The notes beneath the pieces are model-generated. The model was not told the DNA's origin, made no database searches, and saw only the letters and a program-made list of their open reading frames with translations. From the sequence record LC765218.1: DNA of 64,000 bases. One strand, 5' to 3'. Both the position numbers and the translations under genes were made by a program. Shown in pieces: positions 1 to 9,609 of the stretch. The first letter of the stretch is position 1. Every line of letters begins with the position of its first letter.

Positions 1-2121
1 ACTGGTCGAGTTAAATTTACCGCTATGTCTACAGCAAAGCGCCGCGAGATTCTTACGCGGATGTCAACTGTTGATTTGACTTATGCGTTAGATGTATACA
101 GAGACATTAAACAGGAACATCGCAGTCAGAAAGGTGTCATCGATCTAATCACAAAACGCCTAGTCACTGAAAATCACGATATCTTTAGTGATAGTGAAAT
201 GACACTGATGCGCGAAGAGACCTCTCGTCTTACTAAGCGTTTGAATAAACTCTTCCAAGAAAAGCAAAATGATGTTCGACCTGCTTTCCAGAATGTGCAA
301 CAAGCTGAAAACGAACTCGAATCTATTCTGAATGATGCACGCGCTTGCCTACGTGATTATCCAATGTTACCGGCCGCTATTCGTGTAGCTAACCATGGAG
401 AATTCCAGGTAGAATTCAATCGGGTATCGGAGCAATACTCTTCGATCAATGCAGTGATTAATCGTCTTGCAGAAGAACTAGAAAAGCTTCGTACTAACTC
501 TCCATCGGCGATTGAAATATCGGAAGATGATGTTAATGCATTGAAACAACAGCATGCTGCGAATCTGGCGAATGTTGAATCGTGTATTAACTCGATGAAA
601 ACTTATACTGGTCAATTTCCAATTATTAAGTTTAATACAGCCGGTGCTGATCCTATTTGTAAGTTGGATGGAATGTTCGACCGATGGTTTGATCTGTTAA
701 CTAGTTTCCCTGATAACGGTGACGGTTGGATGAATCGGGAAGAAGCAACCAAACGACAGAACCGTCAGAAAGAGCTTAGGAATATTTACGCACAAGTCTC
801 AGATAAAATCGAGCAGGCTAATTCCAGGTTGTCGCGTTTGAAAGGTTGTGAATCTGTGGTATGTCCATCTTGTACCCATGAATTTAAACCTGGCGTAGAT
901 CCATCTGAAACGGATATGCTTGAAGCTTCTAAAGTTAAACTCCACGAAGCTATTGATCGTATCGAAGCAGAACAAAAAGAGAACGAAGAATATCTTGAGA
1001 AATTCCAGGACTATTCAAGTTATGTTTTCCAGTACATGTCTTTGACAAAAGACTACCCAGAGTTTAATGAACTGTGGGATTACTGTGCAACTAACATGAC
1101 AATGTATCGGACTCCTGCATTGCATAAGACTGATGCTTTGCAATGGCATACAGCCATGCGGAGTTATGTCAAATCCCGTACTGAACTAGAGCTTGCTACT
1201 AATATCGAGAAACGTCTTAAAGTTATCGCTGAGATAGACCAAGATGCAATCGGTTATATGAAACGCCGCGCCGAAGAATTGGAAACTGAAATTAACATCA
1301 TGTATGTTAAAGCTTCAGATATCAATCAGTACATGCAAGATCTACGGTCTGGTGAACAATCTATTCTACGTAACAATAAACGTATCCATGATGTCCTGGA
1401 CCGTTATGAAATGTGGAAAGATAAAGTAGAGCGTCATTCGGAGTATTTGCTTGATAGAGCCTATACTGAAGAGATAGGAACCATCCAGGTAAAACTCGCT
1501 GAAACAACGCGACAGCTCACACAGATGGAACAACGTGAAACGACCATACGTACGCTTGAAAACGAAGTAACAAATGCTACTGAAGTACATAGCGATCTTG
1601 GTATTCTAATTAAGTCGTTATCTCCAAACGGTGGATTGTTGGGTCGATATATGCTTGGCTTCTTGCAGGGTGTTACTTACATTGTCAATGCATTCATTGA
1701 CGAGGTGTGGACATACCCAATGGAAGTACTACCTTCTAAAGTTGAAAAGGAGGAGTTAGACTACAACTTCCCTCTCAAAGTAGCAGGCGGTCAAGTAATG
1801 GCACCTGACATTTCGTATGGTTCCGATAGTCAATTGGAAATCGTTAACTTTGCATTCAAGATGGCTATTCTGAAGTTCCTCGGTCTTGAAGACATGCCAT
1901 TGTATCTTGATGAATTTGGTCGTACGTTTGATGAACAACACCGCGCAAACTTAATCCCGTTTATCTCTCGTCTTATCGAGAACGGTCAATTTAAACAAGT
2001 GTTCTTTATCAGCCACTTCCAGTCTACTCATGGTGCTTTCAATAATGCAGAAGTAGTTGTTATTAACCCAACTAATATCACCGTACCTGAAGCTTATAAC
2101 AAGAACGTAGTTATCAAGTGA
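1..2121 (+). CDS. sbcC: SbcC/Rad50-like SMC ATPase, 5' end outside window
   Basis: Frame is open from base 1. Long coiled coils with central zinc hook CPSC, degenerate signature ISYGSDSQ, Walker B/D-loop LYLDEFGRTFD and H-loop FISH. Walker A is not in the window. Confidence 0.88.
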   Translation, partial: TGRVKFTAMSTAKRREILTRMSTVDLTYALDVYRDIKQEHRSQKGVIDLITKRLVTENHDIFSDSEMTLMREETSRLTKRLNKLFQEKQNDVRPAFQNVQQAENELESILNDARACLRDYPMLPAAIRVANHGEFQVEFNRVSEQYSSINAVINRLAEELEKLRTNSPSAIEISEDDVNALKQQHAANLANVESCINSMKTYTGQFPIIKFNTAGADPICKLDGMFDRWFDLLTSFPDNGDGWMNREEATKRQNRQKELRNIYAQVSDKIEQANSRLSRLKGCESVVCPSCTHEFKPGVDPSETDMLEASKVKLHEAIDRIEAEQKENEEYLEKFQDYSSYVFQYMSLTKDYPEFNELWDYCATNMTMYRTPALHKTDALQWHTAMRSYVKSRTELELATNIEKRLKVIAEIDQDAIGYMKRRAEELETEINIMYVKASDINQYMQDLRSGEQSILRNNKRIHDVLDRYEMWKDKVERHSEYLLDRAYTEEIGTIQVKLAETTRQLTQMEQRETTIRTLENEVTNATEVHSDLGILIKSLSPNGGLLGRYMLGFLQGVTYIVNAFIDEVWTYPMEVLPSKVEKEELDYNFPLKVAGGQVMAPDISYGSDSQLEIVNFAFKMAILKFLGLEDMPLYLDEFGRTFDEQHRANLIPFISRLIENGQFKQVFFISHFQSTHGAFNNAEVVVINPTNITVPEAYNKNVVIK

Positions 2122-2151
2122 GTACAAGGTAATCTGTTTGGAGTCTATCAA

Positions 2152-2496
2152 ATGACCGAAAAAGAGAGAGTAGAGTTGCTGGAGATTATCTTCGATAACT
2201 TCTATTACCTACTTATACCACATTACCGACATGATCTTTCAGCCATCACTAGTCGGTTTGAATATGTGTTTAAAGAGCAAGCGAGATTGTTGTTGGGGGA
2301 TCTACGTATAGAAGTACCTCATATTAGGTCTAAAACGCTCTTTACGGTGGCGATCAATGAAACACGTGTCCTTGTAGTAGAATGGGAAGAAGGTGTTAAG
2401 GTGGAGCTCCTAGAAGGTTTAAATGGACAACTCTGGCGCTCCCTGTTGAAGGCTATAGTTGGTAGTTCATCGTACGTCCTAAGAGCATCGTGTTAA
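2152..2496 (+). CDS. hypothetical protein
   Basis: 114-aa ORF with GGAG RBS, followed by a terminator. Confidence 0.75.
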   Translation: MTEKERVELLEIIFDNFYYLLIPHYRHDLSAITSRFEYVFKEQARLLLGDLRIEVPHIRSKTLFTVAINETRVLVVEWEEGVKVELLEGLNGQLWRSLLKAIVGSSSYVLRASC

Positions 2497-2503
2497 TATA
2501 AAC

Positions 2504-2528
2504 GCCTCCCTTCTGGGAGGCTTTATGT
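2504..2528 (+). terminator. Rho-independent terminator
   Basis: GCCTCCC-TTCT-GGGAGGC followed by TTTATGT. Confidence 0.8.
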
Positions 2529-2556
2529 TGTCTTACATTTAAAGCATTTTAAACCC

Positions 2557-2564
2557 TATATTAC
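2557..2564 (+). promoter_or_regulatory. phiKZ-type early promoter TATATTAC
   Basis: Exact motif, intergenic after a terminator, AT-rich upstream, AAATGTGA downstream. Confidence 0.8.
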
Positions 2565-2601
2565 AAATGTGATAAAACTACCTATGTAAAAGGAAATTAC
2601 C

Positions 2602-2913
2602 ATGAATATTCAAACCAATGTACTCCTTGAGTGTGGTTACCGTGATGGTGACAAAAACAAATCGATAGCAATCTATCGCTTCGAGCAGACTCTTCCAGGA
2701 CGAGACCTTTCTTATTTTGCAGTAAGTAGTATCGATCCTAAAGAAGACCTCGATAAGTTCTTGGTATATGCCAAGTTCTTTAACACTCGCTCTGTTTCAA
2801 CTGCATACTTGCACGCGTTCATGAAATATGATTCTGGTCAGGATCTCACTGAACAAGATTATCATGACATGAATGTAGGTAAGTGCTACGAAGAGCTTCT
2901 CGCTGACGTTTAA
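2602..2913 (+). CDS. hypothetical early protein
   Basis: 103 aa, AAGGA RBS, first gene after the early promoter. Confidence 0.8.
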   Translation: MNIQTNVLLECGYRDGDKNKSIAIYRFEQTLPGRDLSYFAVSSIDPKEDLDKFLVYAKFFNTRSVSTAYLHAFMKYDSGQDLTEQDYHDMNVGKCYEELLADV

Positions 2914-2928
2914 CGTCAAGGACTAGTC

Positions 2929-3285
2929 ATGTTTAACGTAGACAGTATCAATCGGTTAGCTAAGCGTATACGCCTTATTAAAGGGTGTCCCGCTCGGATG
3001 TTTGTTACACTGAGATCAGAGCATGGGCATTACTATGATCTTGATATCAGTGGTGACGCTTTCATCTTTGTAATGCGTAATGGCCGACCAGATGCTACTG
3101 TTTACGGTCATTATAAAGAGGATGTTGGTGGGTACATCCAATTGACTCAATGGACATGTACGCTGACTGACGACGAAGTTGGAGACCTTCTCCACACAAT
3201 AGATCGTACTATCGCACTGCATACAGAATGCAATTACATTGTACTTGCTAACAAACATCTTTTTAAGGATACATTTCATGTTTAA
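2929..3285 (+). CDS. hypothetical early protein
   Basis: 118 aa, AAGGA RBS. Confidence 0.8.
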   Translation: MFNVDSINRLAKRIRLIKGCPARMFVTLRSEHGHYYDLDISGDAFIFVMRNGRPDATVYGHYKEDVGGYIQLTQWTCTLTDDEVGDLLHTIDRTIALHTECNYIVLANKHLFKDTFHV

Positions 3286-3973
3286 CAAAGATCTCTCGCG
3301 TGACGTAGCAATTGGTGTAACGTACTCCATCGATTTCCTTTGCCAGGTTTATGGCGTCAAGAATTCGCTGGATATGATTTCTTCTGAAGGTTCAAACCAG
3401 TCTCTTATCGATATCGCGCACGTACCTATGTTCCACCGTAGGGTTCCGATGAACCTGGTTCGATCGACTTCCAACTCCACTGGTTGGAAATATCATGAAC
3501 GTGATACCAATGAAGAGACCTGGAAAATGATGGACCTTACGGATGAAAAATTCCGTGAGTTCGTAATTCCTCTGGATGCTTATAATAAGATCCTGAAGTC
3601 CACTCCACCGACTGGCGTATGGGCAGCTGTATCGGGCCTATTCAATTCCATGTCGGCTTCCGAAGCATGCGATATTCTTTTCGGTAAATCTACTTACGGT
3701 GAAGCCTTTGCTGTCTCAGAGGAACGTCGTCGTAAAGAGGCAGAGGAAGCCGCCAAAAAGGCTGTATATCGCACGATAGTGAAAGAGCTGCATCGTCAGG
3801 TCTCTGAGACCCAAAACGTCATAGACGCCATGGGGAGCTCCTCTTTCATTGAACGCTTGCTTCGCACTGGTGAATACGGTGACGTCTACCGTATTGTTTT
3901 CATCGATCTGTACACTCAACACTTCTGTACTCCCCCGCGGGATAACGAGTGGAAAGGTACGGCACTTTTCTAA
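3278..3973 (+). CDS. hypothetical protein
   Basis: Start refined to ATG 3278 (AAGGA RBS, overlaps upstream stop). Confidence 0.75.
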   Translation: MFNKDLSRDVAIGVTYSIDFLCQVYGVKNSLDMISSEGSNQSLIDIAHVPMFHRRVPMNLVRSTSNSTGWKYHERDTNEETWKMMDLTDEKFREFVIPLDAYNKILKSTPPTGVWAAVSGLFNSMSASEACDILFGKSTYGEAFAVSEERRRKEAEEAAKKAVYRTIVKELHRQVSETQNVIDAMGSSSFIERLLRTGEYGDVYRIVFIDLYTQHFCTPPRDNEWKGTALF

Positions 3974-4009
3974 TCAACATAAATTCAAACCCAACGAAAG
4001 GAATATACA

Positions 4010-4402
4010 ATGACTACTCTTGCTCAGAAATACGCTGGTCACCTCGTTAACCTGACCGCGACGGCTGGTAATCTGGCTACCCTCACTCGCGATATCCTGA
4101 ACAACGCCGACAACCGTTCGTTCATGGATGATGTTCGTGAAGCGTCCGATATGTCTCTGTCTCACCTGCAACAGCTCGTGGAGATGGACATGAAGACGAT
4201 TGAACGTAACATGGCTCTTCTCAAGGCTGCTCTGTACGTCCAAGACGTAGAGCTGGCCAACGGTAAGGGCGACTGGCGTGAGGTTGCCGATACCGATCAC
4301 ACCATCAAAGCGGTGGTGGCGCTTCGTCGCAATATCACCGAACTGTCCGTATCGGAAGCGAAGGCGGTCGTCGAAGGTTACAAAGCTGGTATCTTCAAGT
4401 AA
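4010..4402 (+). CDS. protein with C-terminal ribosomal bL12 (L7/L12)-CTD-like motif
   Basis: TIKAVVALRRNITELSVSEAKAVVE resembles the bL12 helix-turn-helix pattern K..IK.VR..TGLGLKEAK.LVE. AAGGA RBS; locally about 50-60% GC. Confidence 0.5.
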   Translation: MTTLAQKYAGHLVNLTATAGNLATLTRDILNNADNRSFMDDVREASDMSLSHLQQLVEMDMKTIERNMALLKAALYVQDVELANGKGDWREVADTDHTIKAVVALRRNITELSVSEAKAVVEGYKAGIFK

Positions 4403-4412
4403 GTTGTAAATA

Positions 4413-4450
4413 GACATAAAGCCCTCTCCCGAAGGAGAGGGCTTTATGTC
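4413..4450. terminator. symmetric (bidirectional-type) terminator
   Basis: ACATAAAGCCCTCTCC-CGAA-GGAGAGGGCTTTATGT. Confidence 0.85.
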
Positions 4451-4470
4451 AATAAAATTTTTTTCAGATC

Positions 4471-4478
4471 TATATTAC
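4471..4478 (+). promoter_or_regulatory. early promoter TATATTAC
   Basis: Exact motif after a terminator and an A/T tract. Confidence 0.8.
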
Positions 4479-4527
4479 CTAATTGAGCCGTATCTAAGGA
4501 TACCGTTCGTTTAAAGAGGTGACTAAC

Positions 4528-4671
4528 ATGAACTGGAAAACTTTGGCCGCTATTAGCATCGGCGTATTCATTGGTGCTACCATCGTATTCGGAGGAGATC
4601 TATTCGCGACTAATCAGAATGATGAAACTACTGTCGATGAGGCAGATGCAACTCCAATCAACGTAGAATGA
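4528..4671 (+). CDS. small single-pass membrane protein (47 aa; not in ORF track)
   Basis: MNWKTLAAISIGVFIGATIVFGGDLFATNQNDETTVDEADATPINVE. GAGGT RBS; stop overlaps next ATG (ATGA). Confidence 0.7.
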   Translation: MNWKTLAAISIGVFIGATIVFGGDLFATNQNDETTVDEADATPINVE

Positions 4672-5108
4672 CTTACCGCAGCATAGAGGTCCTTAGGAGC
4701 CACTTTGCTGTCGATCATTTAACGGATCTGTTGTACATAGATTCGGTAAGAGAACAGATTGAACATTTCCGTTTCTATTACCGTGGTACTGAAAGACATA
4801 TCTGTAAAGAGAAAGGCGAGTATTGGTGTCTTCATAGAGGACGTAATGGGGAGTGGGTTAAAGAGCAACTCACTGAAACAATCCTTTCTGAATTTAAGGT
4901 ACTCGATCACGAATGGCGTATACTTGCTGGCATTGAGTTAGATGATACTACTGAAGTAAAAGAAGAACAAAAGGAGTATTATGATTACTTGAAACAAAAT
5001 GAAAAGAAAGTAAAAGAGGAGAGTGCTAGTGAATTGATGGCAGCATTGTTCATGGGAACAATGTTTACTGTAACAAGTTGCCACATCTATCGGATGTGGA
5101 ACAAGTAG
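4668..5108 (+). CDS. hypothetical protein
   Basis: 146 aa, translationally coupled, hydrophobic C-terminus. Confidence 0.7.
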   Translation: MTYRSIEVLRSHFAVDHLTDLLYIDSVREQIEHFRFYYRGTERHICKEKGEYWCLHRGRNGEWVKEQLTETILSEFKVLDHEWRILAGIELDDTTEVKEEQKEYYDYLKQNEKKVKEESASELMAALFMGTMFTVTSCHIYRMWNK

Positions 5109-5235
5109 TTTGAGTGATGTTTGTTCATGGGAATATTTACCTGATAGGTAAGGATATGTAGGACTAAGAATAAGGAGGGGACTCTTTATATTCTTTTATC
5201 CTACAGTTCTTTTAAATAGACCTAGGTAAATACTC

Positions 5236-5871
5236 ATGAGCAACATCCCTTTCTACTGGACTGTAAAAACAACCGGTTTAACCGAATCCGAATTAATCAA
5301 CACCGTACTTCGTCTTCATGAAGAAGTTGACAGTGTAAACGATACTATCATCGATGGTACTCTAGTAGACCTCGATGTATTGTTAGAAGTTAAAGGACAA
5401 GATGATCTAGTTGATGATGCTATCATTGATTGGATCCGTGATAACTATAAAGCAGGCGATAACATCGTTCTGAAAGTAAAAACTAATCGATTTGTATTTG
5501 GTTGGTTTGCACAAGGTATTGTTGATATTGGAGCAATTCTCCAGAAATATGAACAAGTCCCTGACATGCCAATGGTATTCGATACCTTTAAGCTGAAAGA
5601 TTACAATAAAGAGAAACCCCGTAAGAAAGGTTTCTTTGAACAGTTTAAAGAAAGTATAAATCCGTTGGTTGAATTAGCATATCAGAATAAAGGCTCTATT
5701 GCTGGAATTGCACTCGTTGCAGGTAGTGTACTCTTTGCAAAAAAGTTACAAGACGATCTGGTCAAAACCACAGAAGAAACCGTCCGTAAGACAATGCAAG
5801 AATTTGAACCACCAATCGTCGAAATCCATATCGATGAGTATGGTACATTTGAAGACGTTATTGTTGATTAA
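5236..5871 (+). CDS. hypothetical protein with a possible C-terminal membrane segment
   Basis: 211 aa; GSIAGIALVAGSVLFAKK near the C-terminus; AGGT RBS. Confidence 0.75.
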   Translation: MSNIPFYWTVKTTGLTESELINTVLRLHEEVDSVNDTIIDGTLVDLDVLLEVKGQDDLVDDAIIDWIRDNYKAGDNIVLKVKTNRFVFGWFAQGIVDIGAILQKYEQVPDMPMVFDTFKLKDYNKEKPRKKGFFEQFKESINPLVELAYQNKGSIAGIALVAGSVLFAKKLQDDLVKTTEETVRKTMQEFEPPIVEIHIDEYGTFEDVIVD

Positions 5872-5875
5872 GACA

Positions 5876-5912
5876 GCATATTGCCCAGCCTATGGAAGGC
5901 TGGGCAATATGT
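5876..5912. terminator. bidirectional terminator
   Basis: CATATTGCCCAGCCT...AGGCTGGGCAATATG between convergent genes. Confidence 0.85.
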
Positions 5913-5914
5913 CG

Positions 5915-6427
5915 TTAAGAGAGACCAAGTGCGGCTTCTTCCTCACGTGCTTTCTTTTCAGCAACCGCGCGCATGCGTTCGTTGAACTCTTCAGATGTCT
6001 CGTTAATGACACCAATTTCACCTTCGCCGGCGGCGTGTTCAAACTCACCAAGATCTTCATTATCGATATCTGGTTCTGAACCGCGGTTATCTTCACCAGG
6101 TACGGCAACGAACGGGTTCTTGTTCTTAGCTTGCCTAATGAACTCTGCCATCGATTCAACCAGATCACGTGCAGACTTATTACCTTCTGCTTCGATCTGT
6201 GTACGACGATTCTGGATAGTCGTGCGATCCATCGAGTCCATAACTTTCAACATCGAATCAATAGATTCTTTGTCGGTTGGAATAGTACCATCCACACGGG
6301 AGGTCATTACACCATGAAGAATCCGATGCTTAACGTTTTGTGTAAGTTTTAGCTGGTCTTCATAAGAAAGCTCAGAGTACAAAACCTCTGGTTCTGTCGG
6401 AATAAATTCCGGGATCGGAGTTTCCAT
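5915..6427 (-). CDS. hypothetical protein with acidic C-terminus
   Basis: 170 aa, GAGGT RBS on the minus strand. Confidence 0.8.
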   Translation of the reverse strand: METPIPEFIPTEPEVLYSELSYEDQLKLTQNVKHRILHGVMTSRVDGTIPTDKESIDSMLKVMDSMDRTTIQNRRTQIEAEGNKSARDLVESMAEFIRQAKNKNPFVAVPGEDNRGSEPDIDNEDLGEFEHAAGEGEIGVINETSEEFNERMRAVAEKKAREEEAALGLS

Positions 6428-6502
6428 TTTACTACCTCACTGTTGAGAAATACTCAACGGAATAACAATATGCCATAAAATGCGGATTAGGGAGTTTTCT
6501 AT

Positions 6503-7045
6503 ATGATTAATACGCTACGCCGCTGGTTACGGGTGTTCCAGCCAGTATCCAAAAAACAACTGTATTCAGCACTGCTTGATCAGTTTGAAGACGAGGGCGT
6601 GCGTCGTGATAATTATCCCATCATGCTTGCAGAATTATGGAATAGAATCGATGTCAAAGACTTCGGTGAAATTTCACCTAGAGACATGATGGCAGTAAAC
6701 ATGGAGCTGCGACATACTAACGTAACTTATCTGATTGAACAGATGAATGTCATTAACACAATGGTATCCACCGGCGATCAAGCAGCTTTAGAACAAATTA
6801 GTAAGAATGAATTCACCCAATTCAGTAGAGTTAACTTAGATGAATACTTTGCTGATGCAAGAGGTTATTCTGTAGATATAGTCGACTCTTTAGAAAAGCT
6901 TAAGACGTATCTTGATAAGCATGCAATGATTCTTGAAACACAAACCGCGAGCTTCTATAGAAGAGTTTTAGGAAGAGTGTATCATGATATCCTTGTACTT
7001 ACCCAAACGCTTGTTGATACCATGAAGGAAGAAACTATGAAATAA
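6503..7045 (+). CDS. hypothetical protein
   Basis: 180 aa, GGGAG RBS. Confidence 0.8.
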   Translation: MINTLRRWLRVFQPVSKKQLYSALLDQFEDEGVRRDNYPIMLAELWNRIDVKDFGEISPRDMMAVNMELRHTNVTYLIEQMNVINTMVSTGDQAALEQISKNEFTQFSRVNLDEYFADARGYSVDIVDSLEKLKTYLDKHAMILETQTASFYRRVLGRVYHDILVLTQTLVDTMKEETMK

Positions 7046-7098
7046 ATAGAGTTGCGAAACGAAACCTTCTCTTTAATCACCGTAGGTGTAAATGAAAA

Positions 7099-7854
7099 AT
7101 GGATTCTGTACAAGACCTTCTTTCCGATCCCCTTAAGGGAACGTTGCGAGCATCCGATATCCCGTGTTATCTGTTTCGTGAAGTTCTATTGTGGCGTAAG
7201 ATTAACCAACGTACATGGAACCGGCGGCAAGAAGCTTTCTTTGAGAAACCTTGGAATAAAAATAATCAAGACAAGGGTAACCTGAATAAAGCTCTTAAGT
7301 CAGACACGATGCAGTGGTCCGCTTTCAGAAAAGCAATTGACTTCCTGAACCCAGTCCACGCAACACTGGAGATTAAACTGACATGGCGTGACGATCGTGT
7401 TAGTTCGTATGTCATCACGATGGATCCCGAAGAACGGGAAGATGTTCTGACGACCAACAGTTTCCCTTGGCAGGATTGTAAGATATTCGAGAATGCTAAA
7501 CCCGCAGGTACATTGATGGCGCATCTTTTCAGGCACGTTGTTGCAATGGAAGGGAAAGATAAACCAGATATTAAACTCTGGTGGGAGAAGCTTTTTGATG
7601 ATTACACGAAGAATCCCGTTAATGTAGTTGGATTGACTCAGAAAGAAGTGAACCAAAATGTAAACACGTTACGACGTGCTCTGCTTGATCCGAGGGTATC
7701 TTTGAATAACTTCCGTCGTGGTATCCATTTGCTACGCGCAGTTAAGGAAGAATATATTCTGACCCTCCGTTGGTCCGATGATCCAGTTGTCCGTGAATCA
7801 CTTCCGGACTCTGTTCACAAGATCACTATAACTGACCCTGTAGTTGTGGAGTAA
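7099..7854 (+). CDS. hypothetical protein with an internal two-domain duplication
   Basis: Both halves show LFR.V...W...N.L..AL...FR..I..L...L.W.DD. Confidence 0.8.
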   Translation: MDSVQDLLSDPLKGTLRASDIPCYLFREVLLWRKINQRTWNRRQEAFFEKPWNKNNQDKGNLNKALKSDTMQWSAFRKAIDFLNPVHATLEIKLTWRDDRVSSYVITMDPEEREDVLTTNSFPWQDCKIFENAKPAGTLMAHLFRHVVAMEGKDKPDIKLWWEKLFDDYTKNPVNVVGLTQKEVNQNVNTLRRALLDPRVSLNNFRRGIHLLRAVKEEYILTLRWSDDPVVRESLPDSVHKITITDPVVVE

Positions 7855-7858
7855 GAGA

Positions 7859-8236
7859 ATGGATAACTGTATTGACCTGAGCTCTCCCCTTTGCCCTGAT
7901 GTCCTTCAGTTCCATTCATCCGTGTTGAAACATACGGTTACCGGAACAGCTTTTTACAGCTGGAACGGTTTCCGTTTGTATCTTATTACAGGAAAGGTTC
8001 ATCCCAAATATCTAGATGGTATCAACCTTGAAGAAGCTGGGGTGGAAAGTAGATACAAGTTCGTTCCAGATCTGTACGAAAAGATGGAGGAAACTCTTCG
8101 TGTGTGCATTGCCAAGTACCCCCTCCTAAAACTTAAACTTAATAAAAACACACAGATTGTGTGGCGTGCTCACGGTATTACCCCAGCTGAAGAAGAATGG
8201 GTCAATATCGTTAAACGTGTTGCTTCAAGTATGTAA
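7859..8236 (+). CDS. hypothetical protein
   Basis: Start refined to ATG 7859 (GGAG RBS). Confidence 0.7.
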   Translation: MDNCIDLSSPLCPDVLQFHSSVLKHTVTGTAFYSWNGFRLYLITGKVHPKYLDGINLEEAGVESRYKFVPDLYEKMEETLRVCIAKYPLLKLKLNKNTQIVWRAHGITPAEEEWVNIVKRVASSM

Positions 8237-8243
8237 AGTGACT

Positions 8244-8278
8244 GCCTTGGGTTCTCCCTTCGGGGAGAGCCTAATGGC
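8244..8278 (+). terminator. terminator-like hairpin
   Basis: GGGTTCTCCC-TTCG-GGGAGAGCCT. Confidence 0.7.
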
Positions 8279-8286
8279 AATCATTG

Positions 8287-8290
8287 TATG
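8287..8290 (+). promoter_or_regulatory. possible late promoter TATG
   Basis: TATG after a terminator, 28 nt before a probable virion gene; phiKZ late promoters overlap TATG. The motif is short and weak evidence. Confidence 0.4.
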
Positions 8291-8317
8291 ACTCTTATTT
8301 TTTTTTGGTGAAATTCA

Positions 8318-9442
8318 ATGGTACAATTAGCGATCCCTTCATTTACTGGTTTACCAGATGCGGCTGTCAAAGAGGTTGATGCCTATACAGAACAAAGCGC
8401 TGAATTAAAAAATCAGCTAGCCTCTAAGGTAACAGCATTTGGTGTAGGTGCAGACGAACTCATTCAAAAATCACTTGGTGTTGTTAAAGGTATCGGTAAC
8501 AAGATCCTTAACAACGGTATTGATCTCAACATGGCTAGAACACGAATTGCGGATGCCCTAAAAGGGTCACGTAGTTCCATTGTAAGTCTAGCTACGGACG
8601 TTGAACGATCGATTATGGAAGAGTTAACCGGAGAAGATACCGGTACAGGTTATGTTCGTAAAGCAACGGATATGATCGATGGCGTTAAAATGGTTCTCAA
8701 CCAAAAGGATTATTATTTTAAAGATGGGAACTTTAGCGGAGTTAATAGTATTATTGGGTTCATGGGTGACCTGACTAATAACTCATTGCTCCGTGTATTC
8801 GATCTTGGTGCTGAAGCAGCACTGATGAAAGGGATTATCGAAGAGGTTACAGCTTGGGGTATACCCGATCTAGTTGATGAAACCTTTGGAGCCAAGTGGA
8901 CGGATAACAAGTATGAATACGACTATGATGATGATTTCAGATTCTCTGTTGTTAAGCGAGCTTCTGCTAGTATTAGCCCTAGTACTGATCTTGCCACAAT
9001 CGAAAGGTTAATGCTGCATGGCGGTGTTTCAGCACTGATCGCTGAGAACCCAAATTTTCCTGCGCAGTTACTACAGAATTACGTGTTCCCTGAAGAATGT
9101 GTACCTGGTGGTCCTTTCCCTAAAATGATTCCTGACCCGAATAATCCAACTGGACCTGAGATCCCAGATCCAACTGATGCACAGGAACGTCCTAACTACG
9201 CCGACCAAATGGCTACTTTAGTACGCATCCTTAATCAACTCAAACCAGACTGGTTCACTACTCGGCGCCAGGGTCAACCCGTGTGGAATCTTTACTTCCT
9301 AAGTCACGCTTCTGAAGATGCGACCACATTGATTCTTAGTAGTGAAACTCATCGTGAAGCAATGTTGACAGCTCCGTTCTACAAGATGGAAAACCCAATA
9401 GAGCTGATCAAGTCGTTCTATCCTGATGCTGCTATTCAATAG
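8318..9442 (+). CDS. probable virion structural protein
   Basis: 374 aa next to the head protease block, as in phiKZ-like synteny; Pro-rich insert. Confidence 0.55.
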   Translation: MVQLAIPSFTGLPDAAVKEVDAYTEQSAELKNQLASKVTAFGVGADELIQKSLGVVKGIGNKILNNGIDLNMARTRIADALKGSRSSIVSLATDVERSIMEELTGEDTGTGYVRKATDMIDGVKMVLNQKDYYFKDGNFSGVNSIIGFMGDLTNNSLLRVFDLGAEAALMKGIIEEVTAWGIPDLVDETFGAKWTDNKYEYDYDDDFRFSVVKRASASISPSTDLATIERLMLHGGVSALIAENPNFPAQLLQNYVFPEECVPGGPFPKMIPDPNNPTGPEIPDPTDAQERPNYADQMATLVRILNQLKPDWFTTRRQGQPVWNLYFLSHASEDATTLILSSETHREAMLTAPFYKMENPIELIKSFYPDAAIQ

Positions 9443-9443
9443 C

Positions 9444-9479
9444 GACATAAAGCCCTCCCCAAAAGGGAGGGCAATATGC
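9444..9479. terminator. symmetric terminator
   Basis: ACATAAAGCCCTCCC-CAAAA-GGGAGGGCAATATG. Confidence 0.8.
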
Positions 9480-9505
9480 CGTCTTAATCTAACTTAATTG
9501 AGAAC

Positions 9506-9513
9506 TATATTAC
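9506..9513 (+). promoter_or_regulatory. early promoter TATATTAC
   Basis: Exact motif followed by AAACGTGA. Confidence 0.75.
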
Positions 9514-9609
9514 AAACGTGAATTGGGTGAGATGTTCGAGCATCTCCCCCAGTTTGCGATACGTCTGATTCGGTTAAACTCAGACTTTCTTCACATGGGA
9601 TAGAAACCT

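Noticed and set aside
1830-1860. Degenerate ABC signature suggesting an inactive SbcC
   Set aside because: Walker B, D-loop and H-loop are intact, and divergent signatures occur in phage SbcC proteins. The evidence is insufficient without the N-terminus.
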